Source: Eubacteriales bacterium (GTDB taxonomy: Bacteria; Bacillota; Clostridia; Oscillospirales; CAG-272). Taken from it: a stretch of 58,844 bases of DNA. The notes under the pieces were generated by a model. The model was given only the letters and a program-made list of their open reading frames with translations. It was not told the origin of the DNA and made no database searches. Made by a program: the position numbers and the translations under genes. The DNA is taken from contig JAZSKY010000043.1 in NCBI GenBank assembly GCA_045535095.1, positions 1 to 58,844 on the forward strand, written 5' to 3'. This document shows, one piece after another, positions 18,198 to 27,544 of the stretch (position 1 is the stretch's first letter; every line of letters starts with the position of its first letter).

Positions 18198-19655
18198 ATG
18201 GAAAATTCGAAACAGAATGTGTCTTGCATTAGTGACACAATAGCATCAACAGAAGCGTTTTTAAATTCGGTTAAACCAGAAACTGGTTATCCCTACAGTC
18301 ATTCCGACATTGGAGCCGCAGAGCTATTTGCAGATTGTTACAAAGACATTTTACGGTACAGTCCGGAACGTAAAAAATGGTATCACTATAAGGATGGCGT
18401 TTGGTCAGTAGATAAGGGAGGTGATATTATAGCAATGAATTTTTGTCAAAATCTAGCCAAAAGATTATGTGACTATGCTACAAATCTATGCGGAAAATAT
18501 CAGTATGAAAAATTTGTTGCTTTTGTATCAGGTTGGCAGAGACACAGCAAACGGGTAAATATACTAAATGATGCACGAGGATATCATCCAATGTCGATGG
18601 AAATGCTGGATCGGGATATATATGCATTTAATTGTCAAAACGGAACGCTCCATCTAGACACTATGGAGTTTACGCAGCATCGCCCTGGTGATATGATTTC
18701 AAAAATCAGCAATGTGATCTATGATCCTAGTGCAAGATGTAATCGATTTTTGACTTTTATCGATGAGATTACCTGTGGAGATAGTGAAAAAGCAAGATTC
18801 TTGCAAAAAGTTTTAGGGTATAGCTTGACGGGAGATACTCGCTACGAATGTATGTTTTTTCTGTACGGTGCCACAACGCGCAACGGCAAGAGTACATTAT
18901 GCGAAAGTGTCCTAAAAGTCATTGGTGAGTATGGTTGTACTGTGCGACCGGAAACTATAGCTTTAAACAAATACGCTAACAGCCATGCGCCGAATGAGGA
19001 TGTGGCACGATTGATAGGTATTAGATTTGCCAACATATCAGAAATATCGCCAACACTTGCAATTAATACATCCCAAATCAAAAGTATGCTGGGTAACGAT
19101 ACAATCAATGCTCGCTTTTTACACGAAAACAGCTTTGATTTTAAAATACAGGCCAAATTTTTTGTAAACACAAATTATTTGCCAAATATAGAGGATGAGT
19201 CTGTATTTAGTAGCGGCCGTATAATTGTAATACCCTTTACAAGGCACTTCTACGAGCATGAACAAGATAAAACGTTAAAAACTCTATTTGCACAACCGGA
19301 AAATCAAAGTGCTATACTTAACTGGTTGGTCGAAGGGTACAAAATGCTTTTGGAAGAAGGTCTTAACATTCCAGTGTCAATAGAAAACGCAACTTCTGAA
19401 TATGCCGGCGATAGCAACATATTTGTTAAATTTGTTGCTGACAAGTTGATTGAAGATCCTGATTCCGAGATCCGTACCATGCAGGCATATCAAGAATACA
19501 AACAATGGTGTCTTGATAACGGATATGGTCCAGTGTCTATCCAACGTTTTGTGAGCGTATTAGCTAACATTGTAACCATCCGAAAAAAACGACCTAAAAC
19601 AGGCGGTAATCCCACCGGAATGATTTGTGGTTATAGATTGGTGATACAACAATGA
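18198..19655 (+). CDS. Phage/plasmid P4/D5-family SF3 helicase (D5_N plus helicase; no primase domain)
   Basis: ATG 18198 after AAGGA; D5_N motifs (NCQNGTLHLDT); Walker A GATTRNGKST; Walker B region FANISE; motif C VNTN; C-terminal wHTH-like region. Confidence 0.88.
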   Translation: MENSKQNVSCISDTIASTEAFLNSVKPETGYPYSHSDIGAAELFADCYKDILRYSPERKKWYHYKDGVWSVDKGGDIIAMNFCQNLAKRLCDYATNLCGKYQYEKFVAFVSGWQRHSKRVNILNDARGYHPMSMEMLDRDIYAFNCQNGTLHLDTMEFTQHRPGDMISKISNVIYDPSARCNRFLTFIDEITCGDSEKARFLQKVLGYSLTGDTRYECMFFLYGATTRNGKSTLCESVLKVIGEYGCTVRPETIALNKYANSHAPNEDVARLIGIRFANISEISPTLAINTSQIKSMLGNDTINARFLHENSFDFKIQAKFFVNTNYLPNIEDESVFSSGRIIVIPFTRHFYEHEQDKTLKTLFAQPENQSAILNWLVEGYKMLLEEGLNIPVSIENATSEYAGDSNIFVKFVADKLIEDPDSEIRTMQAYQEYKQWCLDNGYGPVSIQRFVSVLANIVTIRKKRPKTGGNPTGMICGYRLVIQQ

Positions 19656-19755
19656 TGTAATGTGTAGCGTTGTAGCGGATATTTGGCGATATAAAAATAA
19701 TATAATAGCATAAATTAGAAAAATATAATGTATATATCCGCTACATTCGATACAA
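19656..19755. other. Putative replication origin of the element
   Basis: TGTAGCGGATAT (19671-19682) / ATATCCGCTACA (19734-19745) inverted repeat with extra TGTA(G) repeats, flanking a ~50 bp AT-rich core directly after the helicase stop. Confidence 0.55.
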
Positions 19756-19835
19756 CAGATATTAGATTTAAAAACTGCATAATTCAAATTAAATTGTGCT
19801 AAGAATAATTATAGCATTATATGTGAGGTGTTTTA

Positions 19836-20012
19836 ATGGTCTCTAAAAAGACGGACAGCACAGTAAATCGTACGGCAGAGGAGATATGGCTAAATTATTT
19901 TAACCGATATCTGTTTGAGCAAGGTACCATCAGCGAAAAAGAGTACAATATGATGACCCAAAAGATTTCGGAGTATATGTCAAGACGGTACACTTTCAAT
20001 GTGCTTCGCTAA
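19836..20012 (+). CDS. 58 aa SHOCT-like protein preceding the serine recombinase (not in the ORF track)
   Basis: RBS GAGGTG; MVSKKTDSTVNRTAEEIWLNYFNRYLFEQGTISEKEYNMMTQKISEYMSRRYTFNVLR with the L...G.IS..EY pattern. Confidence 0.7.
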   Translation: MVSKKTDSTVNRTAEEIWLNYFNRYLFEQGTISEKEYNMMTQKISEYMSRRYTFNVLR

Positions 20013-20081
20013 GCTTTACACGGACGGTTTCAAGCAAATCGTCCATACATAACTACAAAATTGTAAAGTTTCTAATTACAC

Positions 20082-20110
20082 TTGCATTTTTGAAAGTCGT
20101 GTGATATAAT
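20082..20110 (+). promoter_or_regulatory. Sigma-A promoter of the serine recombinase
   Basis: TTGCAT-17 nt-TATAAT with TGn extension. Confidence 0.65.
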
Positions 20111-20159
20111 ACATTCAAAACATATAATGATACAACGAACTTTATCAAGGAGAACAACA

Positions 20160-21851
20160 ATGGATATACTTAATATTAGAGCACTCTTGCGTACGAAATC
20201 CATATATGACATTCCTCTTCGCGTGACATTTTATGCCCGTGTTTCCTCGGAAACCGACGAGCAGCTCAACTCACTTGACAATCAGATTGCATACTACGAA
20301 AATTTTATTAAAAATAACGCAAAGTGGACCTATGTTCCCGGATATATCGACGAGGGTCTTTCGGGTATCTCTACGAAAAAAAGAAAACATTTCAATGAGA
20401 TGATCTCCGATGCGAAAGAAGGACTATTTGATCTTATCATTACCAAGGAGATTTCCCGATTTGCCCGTAACACATTGGACTCTCTGCAATATACAAGAGA
20501 GCTTATCAGACTAGGTGTGGGCGTGTTCTTTCAGAATGATAACATCAACACACTTGACGAGGATGCAGAGCTTCGTCTTACGATTATGTCATCTATCGCA
20601 CAGGACGAGCTTCGCAAGCTTTCGAGTCGTGTGAAGTTCGGTCATCAGCAAGCAATCAAGTCGAGCGTGGTTCTCGGCAACAGCCGCATTTTTGGATATA
20701 TAAAAGATGATAAAAAGCTGGCTGTCGATGAGAGCCAAGCTCCTATGGTACGCGATCTTTTTCGTCTGTATGCTACGGGCGAGTACAGTATGAAACAGCT
20801 TGAAACACTCTTTTATGACCAAGGTTATCGTAATTATAACGGTAACAAAATTGCTCATACTACGATGTCGGGCATTATCTCTAACCCTAAATACAAGGGA
20901 TATTATGTCGGCAACAAGGTGCGCGTTGTGGACATGTTTACCAAGAAACAGAAATTCTTACCGCCCGACGAGTGGGTGATGTTCAAGGATGAAACAGGGG
21001 AAATCGTGCCTGCAATCGTATCCGAGGAAATATGGGATAAGGCAAACGAAGTTCTGGCGCGCCGTAGCGAGGATGTGAAGAACCGCAAGGGTGTCTGCAA
21101 CCACGCCAACCTCCTAACAGGCAAACTGTATTGCACTCATTGCGGCATGCCTTACTATCGCCGAGAATCAAAAGATAAGCACGGTAATATTAATTCAAAA
21201 TGGGTGTGTTCCGGAAAGATAAATAACGGCGCTAGTTCATGCCCGTCTTTCCCGATATATGAAGACGAGATCAAACCGATTCTGTTCGATGTTTTCAATG
21301 AAACGCGAGTAGATGTGGAATCACTGATTGAAAGCTATATAGAGATGTTTAGGTCAATGGAAGCCGATGATGAGACTGCAAAACAGATAAAGGAGCAGAA
21401 GCGCACCATAGAGCTTGCAGAACAAAAGAAAAACAAACTTCTTGAACTTGTAACGCTTGGCGCTGTTACCGCAGAGAATTTTAAATCAATGACCACAGCC
21501 TGCGACCGAGAAATTGCGCAGGCGAGCGGAGAGATCGAGGAACTCGAAAAGCAGATGTTCACCAAAGATGAATACCGCAGACATATAGCAGAGGTCAGAA
21601 CACGTTTGGATGCGGCGGTAAGAGATGCCTCGACGGGTATAATATCCCCCGAATTCGTTGCGAGGTACATCGACAAAATCACGGTCACAATAACTGATGA
21701 TGATACAGCGAACTTGGAAATTAAGATTTTCACGGGTGAAAGTACTGAAAAATGGCTGAAAAAGCTTGATTTAAGAACTAAAATTCGTACGGGTGTCACT
21801 ATGAAGAAGATGGTCGAGAAGTACGAGAACGACCTTAAGAACAACAAATAA
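20160..21851 (+). CDS. Large serine recombinase (resolvase, recombinase and Zn-ribbon/coiled-coil domains)
   Basis: ATG 20160 after AAGGAG; YARVSS catalytic Ser; DEGLSG; ISRFARN; LLTGKLYCTHCG...WVC...C. Confidence 0.95.
   Translation: MDILNIRALLRTKSIYDIPLRVTFYARVSSETDEQLNSLDNQIAYYENFIKNNAKWTYVPGYIDEGLSGISTKKRKHFNEMISDAKEGLFDLIITKEISRFARNTLDSLQYTRELIRLGVGVFFQNDNINTLDEDAELRLTIMSSIAQDELRKLSSRVKFGHQQAIKSSVVLGNSRIFGYIKDDKKLAVDESQAPMVRDLFRLYATGEYSMKQLETLFYDQGYRNYNGNKIAHTTMSGIISNPKYKGYYVGNKVRVVDMFTKKQKFLPPDEWVMFKDETGEIVPAIVSEEIWDKANEVLARRSEDVKNRKGVCNHANLLTGKLYCTHCGMPYYRRESKDKHGNINSKWVCSGKINNGASSCPSFPIYEDEIKPILFDVFNETRVDVESLIESYIEMFRSMEADDETAKQIKEQKRTIELAEQKKNKLLELVTLGAVTAENFKSMTTACDREIAQASGEIEELEKQMFTKDEYRRHIAEVRTRLDAAVRDASTGIISPEFVARYIDKITVTITDDDTANLEIKIFTGESTEKWLKKLDLRTKIRTGVTMKKMVEKYENDLKNNK
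21785..21851 (+). pseudogene. Putative attR and displaced 3' end of an alpha/beta-type SASP (ssp) gene, in frame with the recombinase
   Basis: KKMVEKYENDLKNNK resembles the clostridial SASP C-terminal helix (MVKKMxExYE); codons switch to host style at ~21804; TCGTAC/GTACGA inverted hexamers at 21785 and 21821. Confidence 0.6.
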
Positions 21852-21895
21852 AAGATCGTTTGAAATTTAAACCAAAACAAATACCTTTTGGTTTG

Positions 21896-21932
21896 AAAGA
21901 GGCGGGAGGCTGTGCTTCCTGCCTTTTTTCTT
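21896..21932 (+). terminator. Intrinsic terminator
   Basis: AGGCGGGAGGC-TGT-GCTTCCTGCCT followed by TTTTTCTT. Confidence 0.75.
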
Positions 21933-21971
21933 ATATTTATATAAAATAATATATTATTTTTAAAGTTACTG

Positions 21972-22000
21972 TTGCAAACGGCAAAAAAATGTGCTATAAT
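21972..22000 (+). promoter_or_regulatory. Sigma-A promoter of the ligA operon
   Basis: TTGCAA-17 nt-TATAAT with TGn extension. Confidence 0.65.
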
Positions 22001-22012
22001 AGTGCATAATAG

Positions 22013-24028
<2,016 letters not shown>

Positions 24029-24031
24029 AAA

Positions 24032-25306
24032 ATGCTATTTGACAACGTAAAGGTGTATCTGAAGGCAGGAGACGGCGGAAACGGCGCGGTATCCTTCAGA
24101 CGTGAAAAGTACGTTTCGCACGGCGGCCCTGACGGTGGCGACGGCGGAAACGGCGGAAATATTATTTTCAAGGTGGACGAGGGACAGAACACTCTCACCT
24201 ACTACAAGTACAAAAGAAAGTTCAAGGCAGAGAACGGCTCCAACGGAAGTGGCTCGAAATATCACGGTAAAAGAGGCGAGGATCTTATCCTTCCCGTACC
24301 GCCCGGAACTGTCATAAAGGATGCAGAGAGCGGACTTGTCATCAAGGATATGTCCGAGTGCGACAGCTACGTTATCTGCAAGGGCGGACGCGGAGGCTGG
24401 GGAAACCACCACTTCGCAACTCCCACGAGACAGATCCCCCGATTTGCAAAGCCGGGACTCGTCGGCGAGGAAAAGGAGATAATTCTCGAGCTTAAAATGA
24501 TAGCGGACGTCGGACTTATCGGCTTCCCGAACGTAGGAAAATCGTCGATACTTTCGATGATCTCGTCGGCAAGACCGAAGATCGCAGACTATCATTTCAC
24601 AACTCTCGCGCCCAATATCGGAGTCGTTTCGGTAGGAGATGAGAGAGGCTTTGTTGCCGCAGACATTCCCGGACTTATCGAGGGTGCGGCAGACGGAATC
24701 GGTCTCGGACATTCCTTCCTTCGTCACGTTGACAGATGCAGACTGCTTCTTCACGTTGTCGATATATCGGGAAGCGAGGGCAGAGATCCTATCGACGATA
24801 TTATCGCAATAAACGCAGAGCTTGAGAAGTACAGTCCCGAGCTTGCAAAGCGTCCGCAGATAATCGTTGCAAACAAGTGCGACCTTCTTGACAATGATGC
24901 AGACCTTTCCGATTTCGAGGAGTTTGCAAAGGTCAGAGGAAGCGAGGTCATCTACGTTTGCGCACCTATCGGCGAGGGAATACAGGATATGGTCAATAAG
25001 ACCTTCGAGGCTCTCCAGAAGCTTCCTCCCATCAAGATATACGAGGCAGAATACGTTGAGCCTGACATCAGCGAGGAGATCACCTCCCACGAATTTTCCA
25101 TTCACAGAGAGGACGATCTTTTCATCGTCGAGGGCGAATGGCTTCGCCGCGTGATGAACTCTGTCAACTTCTCGGACAGAGAATCGCTTATGTATTTCCA
25201 GAGAGTTCTCAGAAACAGCGGAGTTATTTCTGCACTCGAGGACGCAGGCGTATCGGACGGAGATACGGTCAGCATATACGATTTTGAATTTGACTACGTA
25301 AGATAG
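24032..25306 (+). CDS. obgE: GTPase ObgE/CgtA
   Basis: Gly-rich Obg fold, GFPNVGKS, DIPG, NKCD, C-terminal OCT domain. Confidence 0.98.
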   Translation: MLFDNVKVYLKAGDGGNGAVSFRREKYVSHGGPDGGDGGNGGNIIFKVDEGQNTLTYYKYKRKFKAENGSNGSGSKYHGKRGEDLILPVPPGTVIKDAESGLVIKDMSECDSYVICKGGRGGWGNHHFATPTRQIPRFAKPGLVGEEKEIILELKMIADVGLIGFPNVGKSSILSMISSARPKIADYHFTTLAPNIGVVSVGDERGFVAADIPGLIEGAADGIGLGHSFLRHVDRCRLLLHVVDISGSEGRDPIDDIIAINAELEKYSPELAKRPQIIVANKCDLLDNDADLSDFEEFAKVRGSEVIYVCAPIGEGIQDMVNKTFEALQKLPPIKIYEAEYVEPDISEEITSHEFSIHREDDLFIVEGEWLRRVMNSVNFSDRESLMYFQRVLRNSGVISALEDAGVSDGDTVSIYDFEFDYVR

Positions 25307-25360
25307 CATTCCCCGAATATACCCCTAAAAACGCGAAAATACCTGATATTCGGAGGAAAA

Positions 25361-26461
25361 ATGTTTACACTTACGCAAAGCGAAAAAAATATGATTGAAA
25401 AGCTCGGAGGCGCGGTGGAAAGATACCGAAAGCTCGAGGAAATGCTCGGAGATCCCGAAATAATCTCCGATCAGAAGGAATACACAACACTTATAAAGGA
25501 ATATAAGTCTCTCACTAAAATAGCCGAGAAGTACGGAGAATTTGTAAAGCTTGACAGCGAATGCCGCGATCTTTACGAGATGATCGAGCTGGAGGACGAC
25601 GAGGAGCTTCGCGCTCTCGCAAAGGACGATCTCGAAAACAACGAGGAATCTATGCGCGCTCTTATTGACGAGCTGAGAATACTTATTCTTCCGCGTGACC
25701 CTAACGACGATAAGAACGTTATCGTTGAAATCCGCGGAGGCGCAGGCGGAGACGAGGCGGCGCTTTTTGCCAACTCGCTTTACAGAATGTACTCAATGTA
25801 CTGCGCAGGAGCAGGATATAAGACCGAGATAATCGGCGCAAACGAGACCGAGCTTGGCGGATATAAGGAGATCGACTTTATGATCGAGGGCGAGGGCGCC
25901 TACTCGCGCTTCAAGTTTGAAAGCGGAGTTCATAGAGTACAGAGAGTCCCCGAGACCGAGACGCAGGGAAGAATACACACCTCGACCGTAACGGTTGCCG
26001 TTCTCCCCGAGGCAGAGGAGATCGAGGTCGTAATAAACCCTGCCGATATAATCATCGAGTCGTGCAAATCGAGCGGCGCGGGCGGTCAGCACGTCAATAA
26101 GACCGAGTCTGCAGTACGCCTCACGCATAAGCCTACGGGAATCGTAGTTGAGTGTCAGGAGGAGCGAAGCCAGTTCAAAAACCGCGACAAGGCGATGAAG
26201 GTGCTTCGCGCAAAGCTTCAGGATATGCAGGAGCGAGAGCAGAACGATAAGATAACGAGCGAGAGAAAGAGTCAGGTCGGTACGGGAGACCGCAGCGAGC
26301 GAATTAGAACCTATAACTATCCGCAGGGAAGAGTCACCGACCATAGAATAGGACTCACCCTCTACTCTCTTGAAAACTTCCTCAACGGAAACATTCAGGA
26401 AATGATAGACGCTCTTATTACCGCAGATACCGCGGAAAAATTAAAGAACAGTGAATTTTGA
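25361..26461 (+). CDS. prfA: Peptide chain release factor 1
   Basis: GGQ motif and RF1-specific PxT (VPET). Confidence 0.97.
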   Translation: MFTLTQSEKNMIEKLGGAVERYRKLEEMLGDPEIISDQKEYTTLIKEYKSLTKIAEKYGEFVKLDSECRDLYEMIELEDDEELRALAKDDLENNEESMRALIDELRILILPRDPNDDKNVIVEIRGGAGGDEAALFANSLYRMYSMYCAGAGYKTEIIGANETELGGYKEIDFMIEGEGAYSRFKFESGVHRVQRVPETETQGRIHTSTVTVAVLPEAEEIEVVINPADIIIESCKSSGAGGQHVNKTESAVRLTHKPTGIVVECQEERSQFKNRDKAMKVLRAKLQDMQEREQNDKITSERKSQVGTGDRSERIRTYNYPQGRVTDHRIGLTLYSLENFLNGNIQEMIDALITADTAEKLKNSEF

Positions 26462-26465
26462 TAAT

Positions 26466-27509
26466 ATGTGTGAAAATCATATAAACACAAAAATAATAAC
26501 CTATCCCGATAAAAAGGGAATGTCCGAGGCGGCAGAGCTGATAAGACAGGGAAGGCTGGTTGCTTTTCCCACCGAGACCGTTTACGGACTCGGCGCATCA
26601 GCCCTTTTGTCCGATGCGGCAAAAAAGGTGTACGCGGCAAAGGGACGTCCGTCCGATAATCCGCTGATAATTCACCTTGCAAGATACGAGGACGCCGAAA
26701 AATACTGCGAGGTAACGCCCGAATTTGAGCGTCTCGCAAAGGCGTTCACCCCCGGACCTATTACGGTCGTAATGAAGAAAAAGGATATAATTCCGTCCGA
26801 CGTAACCGGTGGACTTGACACGGTAGCCGTCAGAATACCGAGCCACGAGGCGGCAAGAGAGCTTATATCTCTTGCAGGTGTGCCGATAGCCGCACCCTCG
26901 GCAAATCTTTCGGGAAGACCGTCCACCACGTCTGCCGACCACGTTATCAGCGATATGCTCGGCAGAATAGATATGATAATCGACGGCGGTGACTGCGAGA
27001 TCGGTCTTGAATCGACGATAGTTGCGATAGTCGGCGAAAATAAGCTGAAAATGCTCCGTCCGGGAGCGGTCACGCTCGAGATGCTCAGAGCCGAGGACTT
27101 TGAGGTCGGGCTTGATAAGGCGGTCACAGAGAAGCTCTCCGAGGGCGAAAAGCCTGCCGCACCGGGAATGAAGTATAGACACTACGCGCCGGTATCTCCC
27201 GTCATACTCCTTGACGGAAGCGACGAAAAACGCGTGCAGTTTATGTCGTCTTTTGTCGGAGACGAGTCGGTAGCGCTTGTCTGTTTTAGCGAGGACGGCG
27301 CGATAAACAGCGCAAAAAATGCGGTGGTTATCGGTAGTAAGTACGACCAAGCCGAGCAGGCGCACAGACTTTTTTCTCTCCTTCGCGCATTTGACGATAA
27401 GAGCGAGATAAAGAAGATATACGCGCCTCTCCCCGATAAAAGCGGAATAGGACTTGCAATTTTCAACCGAATGCTCAAGGCGTCGGGATATAGCGTAGTC
27501 ACACTCTAA
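26466..27509 (+). CDS. sua5: L-threonylcarbamoyladenylate synthase (Sua5/TsaC2)
   Basis: AFPTETVYGLGA, KGRPSDNPLIIH, APSANLSG, PGMKYRHYAP linker and SUA5 domain. Confidence 0.96.
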   Translation: MCENHINTKIITYPDKKGMSEAAELIRQGRLVAFPTETVYGLGASALLSDAAKKVYAAKGRPSDNPLIIHLARYEDAEKYCEVTPEFERLAKAFTPGPITVVMKKKDIIPSDVTGGLDTVAVRIPSHEAARELISLAGVPIAAPSANLSGRPSTTSADHVISDMLGRIDMIIDGGDCEIGLESTIVAIVGENKLKMLRPGAVTLEMLRAEDFEVGLDKAVTEKLSEGEKPAAPGMKYRHYAPVSPVILLDGSDEKRVQFMSSFVGDESVALVCFSEDGAINSAKNAVVIGSKYDQAEQAHRLFSLLRAFDDKSEIKKIYAPLPDKSGIGLAIFNRMLKASGYSVVTL

Positions 27510-27544
27510 AAAAGGACACATAAATCTGAAAGGATCTTTTCTAT

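Larger units (their letters stand above)
1..21805. mobile_element. Integrated element (genomic island/IME-like); left end outside the window, right end (attR) inside the 3' end of the serine recombinase gene
   Basis: Visibly AT-richer, with different codon usage from the core genes right of ~21850. Carries a large serine recombinase, a tyrosine recombinase, a D5/SF3 helicase, toxin and defence cargo. No matching 5' half of the target gene is seen in the window. Confidence 0.75.
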
